DNA of 64,000 nucleotides, taken from positions 416,001 through 480,000 of the forward strand of contig CAXXUK010000001.1 of the NCBI GenBank assembly GCA_963665125.2. Direction: 5' to 3'. Below, piece after piece: positions 10,117 through 19,284 of this stretch. The position numbers and the translations under genes were made by a program. This DNA comes from an uncultured Desulfarculus sp. (lineage in GTDB: Bacteria > Desulfobacterota > Desulfarculia > Desulfarculales > Desulfarculaceae). The notes beneath the pieces were generated by a model. The model had not been told where the DNA came from, did not search any database, and saw only the letters and a list, made by a program, of their open reading frames with translations. Position 1 is the first letter of the stretch, and the number at the start of each line of letters is the position of its first letter.

Positions 10117-10151
10117 AAGGCGAAAGGGAGGCTCAATCCCTTTCGCTTTTC
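10117..10151 (+). terminator. Intrinsic terminator
   Basis: GCGAAAGGGA/TCCCTTTCGC stem followed by T residues, just after the acyl-CoA dehydrogenase. Confidence 0.7.
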
Positions 10152-10216
10152 TGCTATATTGACCATAAGCAATATTATGTCATCGAAATGTTTTCACCAT
10201 TTGGAGGAGACAAGCC

Positions 10217-10384
10217 ATGAAAAAACTCGCTTTTGCCGCCTACACCATTGGCTGTCTGATCGTTGGAGGCTTTTGTTTCACGGCCGCAGCTATGCCTATG
10301 GGCAATACAGCACCCAGTATTACAGGGTGCACGATTTGGGCGCCCCGACCGGTTACAGAGCTACCTTTGGCGTTGATTTTATAA
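10217..10384 (+). CDS. Small ORF (55 aa) with a signal-peptide-like N-terminus; possibly a frameshifted gene extending to 10455
   Basis: GGAGGAG RBS; MKKLAFAAYTIGCLIVGGFCFTAAA...; below the size cut-off of the ORF track. Confidence 0.45.
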   Translation: MKKLAFAAYTIGCLIVGGFCFTAAAMPMGNTAPSITGCTIWAPRPVTELPLALIL

Positions 10385-10551
10385 ACGGCGTCACAAAAAA
10401 AGATGTTGCTGTCGATTGGAAAAGCAACGAAAATTTCATCGTTTACATCAAATGATCTTGCCGGTGGTAAAAATGTTCGCAGCGCCGCCCGGTTTCCCAA
10501 CGAGGCGGCGCTCTGCTAGAATCGCCCAAAGAAATACCTGGGAATTACGAT

Positions 10552-11784
10552 TTGCCGCGCAAACAGCTGAACAGCATCCTGATCAAACCGGCAGGGCCGG
10601 ACTGCAACATGGCCTGCGAATATTGCTTTTACAGCGCCAAGGCGGCCATGTTCGGCGACGGGCCGCGTCACAGGATGAGCACCGAGACCCTGGAAGAGCT
10701 GATCCGCCAGGTCATGAGCCAATCCGGCCCGGAGGTCTCCCTGGGCTGGCAGGGCGGCGAACCCACCTTGATGGGCCTGGATTTCTTCCAAAAGGCCGTG
10801 GACCTGGAGCAGGAACATGGCCAAGGCCAGACCGTGGGCAACGGCCTGCAGACCAACGGCCTGCTGCTGGACAAGGATTGGGCCCGTTTTTTAGGCCAAT
10901 ACAACTTTCTGGTTGGCCTGAGCCTCGACGGGCCCGAGCATGTGCACGACCACTACCGCCGCCTGGCCGGGGGAGGGCCGTCCTGGGCCATGGTCTCCGA
11001 CCGGGCCAAGCTGCTGTTGGACGGGGGCGTGGCCGTCAACGCTCTGGCCGTGGTCAATGACTATTCCGTAGCCCACGCCGCCGAGATATATGAATATTTC
11101 AAGGAACTGGGGCTGATCCACATGCAGTTCATCCCCTGCGTGGAAACCGGCCCGGACGGCCGCGCCGCGCCTTTTTCCGTATCCGCCGAGGCCTACGGCC
11201 AGTTCTTGTGCACCATCTACGACCTGTGGCGGGCCGACTTCAAAGACGGACTGGCCTTCACATCCGTACGCTTTTTCGACTCGGTGTTCTACATGTACAT
11301 GAGCATGGATGCGCCGGAGTGCCTGTTCCACAAGGAGTGCGGGCCGTATGTGGTGGTGGAGCACAACGGCGACGTGTATTCCTGCGACTTTTTCGTGGAG
11401 CCGGGCTGGCGGCTGGGCAACATCACCCAGGGCAGGCTCATCGACATGCTCAACAGCGGCCTGCAAACCAGATTCGGCAGACAAAAAGCCGACCTGCCCG
11501 GGCCGTGCCGCAAGTGCGAGTGGCTAAGGTATTGCCGGGGCGGCTGCCTCAAGGACCGCCTGCGCGATCCGGCCGACCACGGCATGAACCACTTTTGCGC
11601 CGGCATGAAGATGTTTTTCCGGCACGCTGACGCGGACCTGCGAGAGCTTGCCCGGCAGTGGCGGGCCGGGATGGCCGAGGCGGAGATGCGGGAATCCGAT
11701 CTCCAGCCCCAAGGCAAGGTCGGCCGCAACGATCCATGCCCCTGCGGCAGCGGTAAAAAATACAAAAAATGCTGCGGCTCCTAG
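10552..11784 (+). CDS. Anaerobic sulfatase maturase-like radical SAM/SPASM protein with C-terminal SEC-C motif
   Basis: [28 protein letters not shown]...CRGGC SPASM cysteines, [18 protein letters not shown]. Confidence 0.92.
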   Translation: MPRKQLNSILIKPAGPDCNMACEYCFYSAKAAMFGDGPRHRMSTETLEELIRQVMSQSGPEVSLGWQGGEPTLMGLDFFQKAVDLEQEHGQGQTVGNGLQTNGLLLDKDWARFLGQYNFLVGLSLDGPEHVHDHYRRLAGGGPSWAMVSDRAKLLLDGGVAVNALAVVNDYSVAHAAEIYEYFKELGLIHMQFIPCVETGPDGRAAPFSVSAEAYGQFLCTIYDLWRADFKDGLAFTSVRFFDSVFYMYMSMDAPECLFHKECGPYVVVEHNGDVYSCDFFVEPGWRLGNITQGRLIDMLNSGLQTRFGRQKADLPGPCRKCEWLRYCRGGCLKDRLRDPADHGMNHFCAGMKMFFRHADADLRELARQWRAGMAEAEMRESDLQPQGKVGRNDPCPCGSGKKYKKCCGS

Positions 11785-11943
11785 GGGACTCCCAAAAAAT
11801 CCTGAAAATTAATATGCCGGCATTTATTATCATATCGTCAAGTAAAACAAACAGATAAATCTGATTGCTTCCACAGGATGCCAAGCCGACAGGGAGGCGT
11901 CTGTCGGTTTGTTGCAAGCTTGTGAAAAGGTGAATTTATTTTT

Positions 11944-11960
11944 AATGAACGGCGCTCATT
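11944..11960. promoter_or_regulatory. Palindromic putative operator (TetR-like)
   Basis: AATGAACG-G-CGCTCATT dyad with one mismatch upstream of the acyl-CoA synthetase. Confidence 0.45.
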
Positions 11961-12089
11961 TTTGGGTATAAAATAAGACAAAACAATGTTTACAAAGGAG
12001 GGGTGATAGACAATCAACTTAGGGTGCCAATTTGCCAACATCCTCGATAACACAAAACAAGACCCCGTGTCTTGGGAGGTTTGGGTATC

Positions 12090-13700
12090 ATGGTCGATAA
12101 ATCGGTGTATTTCGATGTACTCTCACCGGTAAAATTTTTGCCCCGTTCAGCAGCCATTTTCCCCGAAAAAACAGCAATAGTTCATGGCCTGAAGAGGTTT
12201 ACATACCAGGAGTTCGCCCAAAGAGTCTACCGGTTGGGCAGCGCCCTGAAAAATCTGGGGATCGGCAAGGGCGACAAAGTGGCGTTTCTCTGCCCCAATA
12301 TTCCGCCCATGCTCGAAGCCCACAACGCCGTGCCGATGATCGGGGCTGCATTGGTGAGCATCAACACCAGGCTTTCACCCCAGGAAATCGCCTATATAGT
12401 CAACCACAGCGACGCCAAAGCCTTGTTCGTGGACAACGAATTGGCACCCCAGATTCTGCCGGTTTTAAATGAAATCAAGGCCGTGCGCAGGCTTATCAAT
12501 ATTTGCGACATCGACGATTCAAGGCCCCTGGACGGGCCCAGCTACGAGGAATTTCTGGCCACCGGGTCGGAAGAACCGCTGGATATCGAAGTGGACGATG
12601 AATATCAGGTGGCGACGATCAACTACACCAGCGGCACCACCGGCAAGCCCAAGGGCGTGATGTACCATCACCGGGGGGCCTACCTCAACGCCATCGGCGA
12701 GATGATCGAGGCCAAGCTGCACAATCATTCGGTGTATCTTTGGACCCTGCCCATGTTCCACTGCAACGGCTGGTGCTTTACCTGGGGCGTAACAGCCGCG
12801 GCCGGAACCCATGTCTGCCTGCGCAAGGTCGTGCCCGAGGAGATTTACGGCCTCATCGAAGAGGAAGGCGTGACCAATCTCTGCGCCGCGCCCACGGTAT
12901 TGGTTTCCATGTCGGTCTATCCCAAGGCGTCGGAAGTTAAAATGAAGGTGCCCCTGGATATCATGACTGCCGGAGCGCCGCCGGCCCCTGCCATCATCCA
13001 GAACATGGAGGCCATCGGCGCCAACGTGACCCAGACCTACGGCCTCACCGAGGTCTTCGGCCCCCATAGTATCTGCGCCTGGCAGACAAAATGGGACAAC
13101 CTCTCCCCGGCCGAGCGCGCATCGTTCAAGGCCCGCCAGGGCGTGCCCTACACCACGGCGCTGTACATGGACGTGGTGGACCAGCTGAACATGGAGCCCG
13201 TGCCCCATGACGGCAAGACCATCGGCGAGATCATCATGCGCGGCAACAACGTCATGCTGGGCTACTACAAAGACCCCGAAGCTTCGGCCGAGGCCTTCCG
13301 GGGCGGCTGGTTCCACAGCGGAGATCTGGCCGTGGTGCACCCCGACGGCTACGTGCAGATCATGGACCGCTCCAAGGACATCATCATCAGCGGCGGCGAG
13401 AACATCTCCACCGTGGAGGTGGAAAACACCCTCTATGGCCATCCGGACGTGCTGGAGGTGGCGGTTATCGCCGTGCCCGATGAAAAATGGGGCGAGGTGC
13501 CCAAGGCCTATGTGACGCCCAAGGAAGGAACCAACCCCACGCCCGAGGATCTTATCGCCTTCTGCCGGGAGCGCTTGGCCCGCTTCAAGGCGCCCAAACA
13601 TATCGAGTTCGGCTCGCTGCCCAAGACGGCCACGGGCAAGATCCAGAAATTCAAGCTGCGTGAAGAGGCCTGGAAGGGCCGGGACAAAAAGGTGCAGTAA
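12090..13700 (+). CDS. Acyl-CoA synthetase (medium/long-chain fatty acid-CoA ligase)
   Basis: YTSGTTGKPKG, YGLTE, FHSGDLAV, DRSKDIIISGGEN, TGKIQK; GGAGG RBS before ATG 12090. Confidence 0.93.
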   Translation: MVDKSVYFDVLSPVKFLPRSAAIFPEKTAIVHGLKRFTYQEFAQRVYRLGSALKNLGIGKGDKVAFLCPNIPPMLEAHNAVPMIGAALVSINTRLSPQEIAYIVNHSDAKALFVDNELAPQILPVLNEIKAVRRLINICDIDDSRPLDGPSYEEFLATGSEEPLDIEVDDEYQVATINYTSGTTGKPKGVMYHHRGAYLNAIGEMIEAKLHNHSVYLWTLPMFHCNGWCFTWGVTAAAGTHVCLRKVVPEEIYGLIEEEGVTNLCAAPTVLVSMSVYPKASEVKMKVPLDIMTAGAPPAPAIIQNMEAIGANVTQTYGLTEVFGPHSICAWQTKWDNLSPAERASFKARQGVPYTTALYMDVVDQLNMEPVPHDGKTIGEIIMRGNNVMLGYYKDPEASAEAFRGGWFHSGDLAVVHPDGYVQIMDRSKDIIISGGENISTVEVENTLYGHPDVLEVAVIAVPDEKWGEVPKAYVTPKEGTNPTPEDLIAFCRERLARFKAPKHIEFGSLPKTATGKIQKFKLREEAWKGRDKKVQ

Positions 13701-13741
13701 CTACCGCGAACAATAATCGTTGGCCCCGTCTTCATCAAAAG

Positions 13742-13779
13742 GGCTGTTGAAAAAGTCCGGCCGGGACTTTTCAACGGCC
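13742..13779. repeat. Inverted repeat between convergent genes (bidirectional terminator or MITE-like remnant)
   Basis: GGCTGTTGAAAAAGTCC...GGGACTTTTCAACGGCC. Confidence 0.55.
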
Positions 13780-13831
13780 TGCATGAGGGCGGGGTTGTTT
13801 TTGGGCTATAGGGCCTCCCGGCAAACGCGGA

Positions 13832-14515
13832 TCAATACCGCGAGCCGAAGATGGCCGTGCCAACCCGGACCAGGGTGGCGCCCTCGGCGATGGCGGCTTC
13901 GAAGTCGCCGCTCATGCCCATGGACAGCTCATCCATGGAGCCCGGCGGAAGGTTGGGGGCCAGGGTCAGGGCCAGCTTACGAAGGCGGGCGAAGATGGGC
14001 CGCACCCGCTCGGGTTCGTCGAAAAACGGCGGCATGGTCATCAGGCCCTTCAACTCCAGGTTGGGAGCCTCGGCCACGGCCTGGCACAGGGCCTGGGCCT
14101 CGTTTTCATCGCAGCCTGATTTCTGTTCCTCGCCGCCCACGTTGACCTGGACCAATACGCCCAATTGTTTGTTCAACTCCACGGCCCGCTTGCTGATGAT
14201 ATCGACCAGTTTGATCCGATCCACGCTTTGGATGACGTGGGCCAACTCGGCGGCCTGGCGGGCCTTTTTGCTCTGCAAATGGCCGATGAAGTGCCACTGG
14301 GGGCCCGGCCCTATCTGGGCGGACTTGTCGCGCAGTTCCTGGATGTAGTTTTCGCCGAACAGTACTTGACCGGCGGCCAGGGCCTCATGCACGGCCTGGG
14401 CCGGTTTGGTCTTGGATACGGCCACCAGCCGCACCCCGGAAGGGTCGCGGCCGGCCTGCTTGGCGGCCTGGGCTATGCGTTGGTTTATTTCCTCAAGATT
14501 CTGACTGATGCTCAC
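13832..14515 (-). CDS. yggS: PLP homeostasis protein YggS/PLPBP
   Basis: LVAVSKT, FGENY.QE, HFIGHLQS, LSMGMSGDFE.AI.EGAT.VRVGTAIFG; start re-called at GTG 14515 with GGAG RBS. Confidence 0.95.
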   Translation of the reverse strand: MSISQNLEEINQRIAQAAKQAGRDPSGVRLVAVSKTKPAQAVHEALAAGQVLFGENYIQELRDKSAQIGPGPQWHFIGHLQSKKARQAAELAHVIQSVDRIKLVDIISKRAVELNKQLGVLVQVNVGGEEQKSGCDENEAQALCQAVAEAPNLELKGLMTMPPFFDEPERVRPIFARLRKLALTLAPNLPPGSMDELSMGMSGDFEAAIAEGATLVRVGTAIFGSRY

Positions 14516-14591
14516 AATAAGGCTCCACTGGTTGCGCTGATTACGCCTTGTCATAGCATCAATTTACCATGGCTGCCAGGGGTAGGCAAAC
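14512..14591 (-). pseudogene. Decayed remnant of a maf 3' end
   Basis: Reads VCLPLAAMV(-1 nt)LML*QGVISATSGALL*, in register with the intact Maf tail VGLPLARVVEGLLSSGII; its TGA overlaps the yggS GTG. Confidence 0.65.
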
Positions 14592-14682
14592 ATAGCTAGT
14601 CTCAGTTAAAAATCAGCCACGTCCTATCTTTCATACATGCTTTATTTTACTTGTCACCGCCTGATGTAAGCCCAGTGATAAA

Positions 14683-15507
14683 TTATAAATAACCTATTTG
14701 TTGACAGTGAATATTTTTATATTTGTTGCTATACAATGGACTTTTATAATTATTTTTTTTCAACCAATTCTTGTATAGTTTAATATCTGGATTTGCCATA
14801 TCAATTGTATATTCTATACCAAATATACAGACCACAGAAAAAAGAAATTGGCCATTAGAAAATAGAAGATCCATCTCGTTTAGGATTTCATACAGGTTGC
14901 CATTTTCGTCCTTGATGGGTACGTTTTCATCATAAATCCGTCGCTCATAAAACTGCCACTCAAATACTTGAGAACCATATCTAGCATATTTTCTTAACGC
15001 ATCAAGTTCCGGCTTGAAAATGACTTCTTCCTCCCATCCAGGAGCGTTAATAACCCGTGAGGTTAACAACTCAATACCTATTTTTGCTAACAATCTTGAC
15101 ATGCTGTAGGTATTTACTTTTCGTGGTATTGGGTAGGAAATTGTCCCCGACTTGTGTTCATCAAGGTGGCTTATAAACGACTGTTCACTTTTTATGTCAA
15201 GAGGGTAAATACCTTGAAGTCCATTTGTGGTTTTATACATCCCTAACACTGACGAATCCGGTCCCAATATGGGCTCTAAATTTGGTATTTTACCTTTTTT
15301 ACTAGGGATAGCATTTCTAAATCGTGCAAACTTAAAAAAGTCTGAATTTAATAGCTCTGCTTCAACTTTACGTGCGAAATAATTGTTGCACTTATCGCAA
15401 ACAATACCTGGGGGAAGAATTGTTTTCGTGTTTCCTAGAGATTCTGGAATAATATGCTCGGCGCTTGTAAATGTATTTACACTTGATTCGCAAAAAATAC
15501 AGCGCAT
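14683..15507 (-). CDS. HNH endonuclease-domain protein, AT-rich, probably acquired
   Basis: MRCIFC...SAEHIIPESLG...VCDKCNN zinc-binding HNH motif; much lower GC than flanks; alternative start 15546. Confidence 0.85.
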   Translation of the reverse strand: MRCIFCESSVNTFTSAEHIIPESLGNTKTILPPGIVCDKCNNYFARKVEAELLNSDFFKFARFRNAIPSKKGKIPNLEPILGPDSSVLGMYKTTNGLQGIYPLDIKSEQSFISHLDEHKSGTISYPIPRKVNTYSMSRLLAKIGIELLTSRVINAPGWEEEVIFKPELDALRKYARYGSQVFEWQFYERRIYDENVPIKDENGNLYEILNEMDLLFSNGQFLFSVVCIFGIEYTIDMANPDIKLYKNWLKKNNYKSPLYSNKYKNIHCQQIGYL

Positions 15508-15632
15508 ACATGTTCCATGTATTGATCTGGTTGAAAAGTGTGGCAACCTGTTGGGGAATATATCCGACCTTTTTTAATCATGTTGTACGATTTGCGTAGA
15601 TAATTCCATTGGAAAAGAGTCGAACATACGTT

Positions 15633-16229
15633 CTAGCCTTCCTTTGGAACGATGATACCCGAAGATAATAGTCCTTCAACAACACGTGCCAAAGGCAGGC
15701 CCACCACGTTGGTGTAGCTTCCCGAGACCTCTTCGACGATGCAGGCGCCCATGCCCTGGATGGCGTAGCTGCCTGCCTTGTCCATGGGCTCGCCGGTGGC
15801 CACGTAGGCGTCGATCTCGGCCTGGGACAGCCTGCGGAAACGGACCCTGCTCTGGGCAGAGCCGGTCTTGCCGCCAAAGGGGCCGATGAGATGAAAGCCG
15901 GTCACGACCTGGTGCTCCCGCCCGCTCAGATAGCCCAGCATGCGCTTGGCGTCGGCGACGTCTCCGGGTTTGCCCAGTATGCGGCCGTCAATGGTTACGA
16001 GGGTGTCGGCGGCCAGGATGACTTCGCCGTTGTCGTCTTGGAACGCCGCATCGGCCTTGGCCCGGGCCAGGCGGCGGCAGGCTTCATTGGCCGATTCTCC
16101 CGCCGGTATGGTTTCGTCCACGTCGGTGGGGCGGATTTCAAAATCAAAGCCCAGCCACCCCAGGAGCTTTTTGCGGCGGGGAGAGGCCGAGGCCAACACT
16201 AGCCTCAGGCCTGGAGCGAATTGATACAC
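15633..16229 (-). CDS. maf: Maf-family nucleoside triphosphate pyrophosphatase
   Basis: LASASPRR, ADT.V..DG.ILGKP, DKAGSY.IQG, NVVGLP. Confidence 0.95.
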   Translation of the reverse strand: MYQFAPGLRLVLASASPRRKKLLGWLGFDFEIRPTDVDETIPAGESANEACRRLARAKADAAFQDDNGEVILAADTLVTIDGRILGKPGDVADAKRMLGYLSGREHQVVTGFHLIGPFGGKTGSAQSRVRFRRLSQAEIDAYVATGEPMDKAGSYAIQGMGACIVEEVSGSYTNVVGLPLARVVEGLLSSGIIVPKEG

Positions 16230-16232
16230 GCC

Positions 16233-17006
16233 TTATTCACCCAGTTCGGGCAGGCCGAACAGGCGGCGGGTGGCGTCGGCCGTGGCAAAAGCCGCCTCTT
16301 CCGGGGTGATGTCCAGGCAGGCCGCCAACTCGTTCAATACGTGAATCACATAGGCCGGTTCGTTCTGCTGGCCCCGCACGGGCTGGGGCGCCAGGAACGG
16401 GCAGTCGGTTTCTATAAGTAAACGCTCAAGGGGCACCAGCTTTACCAGATCCCTGAGCTCCTGGTTGTTGGGGAAGGTCAGCACGCCGGTGAGGCCGATA
16501 TGGAATCCGATGTCCAGGACCTTTTTGGCAAAGGCCTGATCCCCGGAAAAACAATGCACCACCCCGCCGATGCGCTCGGCGTTTTGTTCCTTGAGCATGG
16601 CCAGGGTGTCTTCATGGGCCTCGCGGTCGTGGATGACCAGGGGCAGGCCCAGGTCCGAGGCTATTTCGATCTGACGGGCGAACGTCTCGCGCTGGGCCGA
16701 CTTGGGAGTGCGGTCGCGGAAGTAGTCCAGGCCGCATTCGCCGATGGCCACGGCCGGAGCGGTCAGGGCCAGGCGCTTGAATTCGGACCAGATGCTGCGC
16801 TCCATATGCGCCGCGCTGTTGGGATGCTGGCCCACCGTGCAAAAAACGCCGCCAATTTCCCGGGACATATGGGCGGCGCGAATCGAAGAATCCAGGTCAA
16901 TACCAATGGTGATGATCTGGGCTACACCTGCTTCGCGGGCCCTTCTCACTGCTTGTGCGGGATGCTTCAACAGATCGAGGTGCGCGTGGCTATCCACCAC
17001 TTTCAT
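16233..17006 (-). CDS. tatD: TatD-family hydrolase (DNase)
   Basis: DSHAHL, GECGLDY, IHDREA, HCFSG, ETDCPFLAP. Confidence 0.95.
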   Translation of the reverse strand: MKVVDSHAHLDLLKHPAQAVRRAREAGVAQIITIGIDLDSSIRAAHMSREIGGVFCTVGQHPNSAAHMERSIWSEFKRLALTAPAVAIGECGLDYFRDRTPKSAQRETFARQIEIASDLGLPLVIHDREAHEDTLAMLKEQNAERIGGVVHCFSGDQAFAKKVLDIGFHIGLTGVLTFPNNQELRDLVKLVPLERLLIETDCPFLAPQPVRGQQNEPAYVIHVLNELAACLDITPEEAAFATADATRRLFGLPELGE

Positions 17007-17172
17007 TTTTTGTCAGACTCCATAAACAGGCTCATATCAAGAGCAAGACCCGAAGTTGTTTGGGGACCAGCATTGTAGAATACCATTGATCCGGCCTTTT
17101 TCAATGGCCAACTACGGTCTAAAAGCTCATGGTTTTTCCTGGATATTGGCTCACGAAATGGCCGAAAAAGAA

Positions 17173-17967
17173 TCAGCCGGGAATGCCGTATTCGGCGGCG
17201 GCAAAGACCCGGTTTCCGGAAAACACCTTGATCAAGCGTACCAAATTCATCAGCTCCGGGTCTAGAGCATCCAGCATGACCGCCGAAAGTCCCGCGCCGA
17301 ATGCGGCGGCCAAAAACGGTGGGCCCGCGAAACGCACATTGGCCCCTGCCGATCCGGTGGTCAGGTTGCTAAGGGCGATGAATCCCCTGGGCGGGGGAGA
17401 GGAAACATAGGGCAGGGCCTTGAGCACCTCCAGCACGGCCGCGGCGTGGACCTCGCCGTCCTGCAGGGCCAGGGGCATGATCATCGGGTCGATGAGCACC
17501 TTGTCCGGGCTCACGCCGCCCGCCTGGGCCTTGTGGATAATATGGGCCGCCAGGGCCAGTCGTTCCTCGGCCGTTACCGGCACGGCCTTGTCGATGGTCG
17601 CGGCGATCATTTCCAGGCCGTGGCGTGAGGCCAGCTCGACAATGGGGTCGAGCTTATCGTCCAGGGCAGTGGCCATGTTCAACACCGGAGGCCGGGTGCA
17701 GAACTCCAGGGCCACGGCCAGGGTCCCGGCCTCGGGCGGGTCCAGGATCAACTTGAGGCCGCAGGCTTGTTCAGATGTCTGGATCAGAAAACGCCAGACA
17801 TCGGCCCGTTTGGCCGGGGCGATGTAGCCGGGGTTGATGTCCAGCCAGTCGGCCCCGGCGTCGGCGATGCGGCGGCACAGATCGCCGATGAACCCGGCGT
17901 CCCTGGCTTCAATGGCCCGGCGCACCGAGGGCCGCGATGAGGTGAGATTGTCCGCTGCTACGATCAT
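17173..17967 (-). CDS. Pterin-binding (DHPS-fold) protein, methyltetrahydrofolate:corrinoid methyltransferase (AcsE/MeTr)-like
   Basis: AI..RD...I...AGAD.LDIN.G, IDP...PL and ALSNL pattern of MeTr-like proteins. Confidence 0.7.
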   Translation of the reverse strand: MIVAADNLTSSRPSVRRAIEARDAGFIGDLCRRIADAGADWLDINPGYIAPAKRADVWRFLIQTSEQACGLKLILDPPEAGTLAVALEFCTRPPVLNMATALDDKLDPIVELASRHGLEMIAATIDKAVPVTAEERLALAAHIIHKAQAGGVSPDKVLIDPMIMPLALQDGEVHAAAVLEVLKALPYVSSPPPRGFIALSNLTTGSAGANVRFAGPPFLAAAFGAGLSAVMLDALDPELMNLVRLIKVFSGNRVFAAAEYGIPG

Positions 17968-18015
17968 GGGGCATTGTAGCCGGGACGCCTGGGCAAGGCA
18001 AGTTCATCCAGGGGC

Positions 18016-18044
18016 TTGACAGCGGTGTGACGGCAATGTTCAAT
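18016..18044 (+). promoter_or_regulatory. Putative sigma70 promoter
   Basis: TTGACA-17 nt-TTCAAT upstream of the dGTPase-like gene. Confidence 0.45.
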
Positions 18045-18078
18045 GAAACCCATCCATCGAACTCCATGGGGTTGTTCA

Positions 18079-19275
18079 GTGCACGACAAGGACCTGTTGA
18101 AGTTGCGGGCCGAACTGGAGCGGCGGGAGAGCGCAGGGCTAAGCGAATTCGGCTGCCCCAGCAGCGCCGCCCTGCGCCGCGAGCCCGACCCGGCCGCGGA
18201 ATCCGGCCACCGCCTGGCCTTTGCCGTGGACGGCGACCGGGTGCTGCATTCGCTTTCCTATACCCGCTACATCGACAAGACCCAGGTCTTCAGCCTGATC
18301 GACAACGACCACATCACTCACCGGGTGCTGCATGTGCAGCTGGTCAGCAAGATCGGCCGGACCATCGGCCGCATGCTGGGGCTCAACGAGGACCTCATCG
18401 AGGCCATGGCCCTGGCCCACGACATCGGCCATCCGCCCTTCGGCCACGACGGAGAGACCTATCTAAACCGGCTGTGCCTGGAACACGGCATCGGGGCGTT
18501 CATGCACAACGTGCAGTCGGTGCGCTTTTTGGAGCGGGTGGAAAAGGGCGGCCAAGGCCTCAATCTGTCGTTGCAGGTCCTCGACGGCGTTTTGTGCCAC
18601 GACGGCGAGGTGCACACCGGTGAGCTGTCACCGAAAAATGACAAGGATTTCCAAGTTTTGGACGATGAGATACGGTCAAAGCTGGCCGATCCCAAACTGA
18701 ACCTGCGGCCCATGACCCTGGAGGGCTGCGTGGTGCGGGTGGCCGACACGGTGGCCTATGTGGGCCGGGACTTTGAAGACGCCATCCGCATCGGCCTCAT
18801 CGAGCGTTCGGATCTGCCTGGGGGGGTTGCCGAGGTGTTGGGCCGGACCAACGGGACCATGGTTTACCGCCTGGTGGAAGACCTGGCCCTGCACAGCCTG
18901 GGGCAGTGCATGGTGCGGTTCAGCCCGGAAACGGGCCGGGCCTTGGCCGAGTTGAAGCGTTTCAACCTGGAGCGGATTTACCTCAACCCCAAGATAAAGA
19001 GCCAGCACGCCAAGATTGAAGCCATTTACCGGGCCCTGTTTGAGCAATACCTTGACGATCTGCAAGCGGGACGCACCAAAAGCCACGTGTATGCGGGTTT
19101 CCTTTCCGGCATGAACGAGCAATATCGCCAAGAGACGCCCTCGGCCATGGTTGTGCGGGATTTCCTGGCCGGAATGACCGACGAATATTTTCTGCGCCGT
19201 TTCCGGGAGTCCGTGTGGCCCGACCGGCTGCCCCGCAGGTTCAGCCCAGGCGGCCTGGACGACCAACCGGTTTGA
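18079..19275 (+). CDS. dgt: HD-domain dGTP triphosphohydrolase-like protein
   Basis: D.DRVLHS...R..DKTQVF, THR..H, LAHDIGHPPFGH.GE, DFLAGMTD; start may be 18043. Confidence 0.85.
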   Translation: MHDKDLLKLRAELERRESAGLSEFGCPSSAALRREPDPAAESGHRLAFAVDGDRVLHSLSYTRYIDKTQVFSLIDNDHITHRVLHVQLVSKIGRTIGRMLGLNEDLIEAMALAHDIGHPPFGHDGETYLNRLCLEHGIGAFMHNVQSVRFLERVEKGGQGLNLSLQVLDGVLCHDGEVHTGELSPKNDKDFQVLDDEIRSKLADPKLNLRPMTLEGCVVRVADTVAYVGRDFEDAIRIGLIERSDLPGGVAEVLGRTNGTMVYRLVEDLALHSLGQCMVRFSPETGRALAELKRFNLERIYLNPKIKSQHAKIEAIYRALFEQYLDDLQAGRTKSHVYAGFLSGMNEQYRQETPSAMVVRDFLAGMTDEYFLRRFRESVWPDRLPRRFSPGGLDDQPV

Positions 19276-19284
19276 CCGTGGCCG

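Noticed and set aside
10063..10455. 130-aa ORF as listed in the track
   Set aside because: It starts inside the acyl-CoA dehydrogenase and crosses its terminator; the RBS points to ATG 10217 in another frame.
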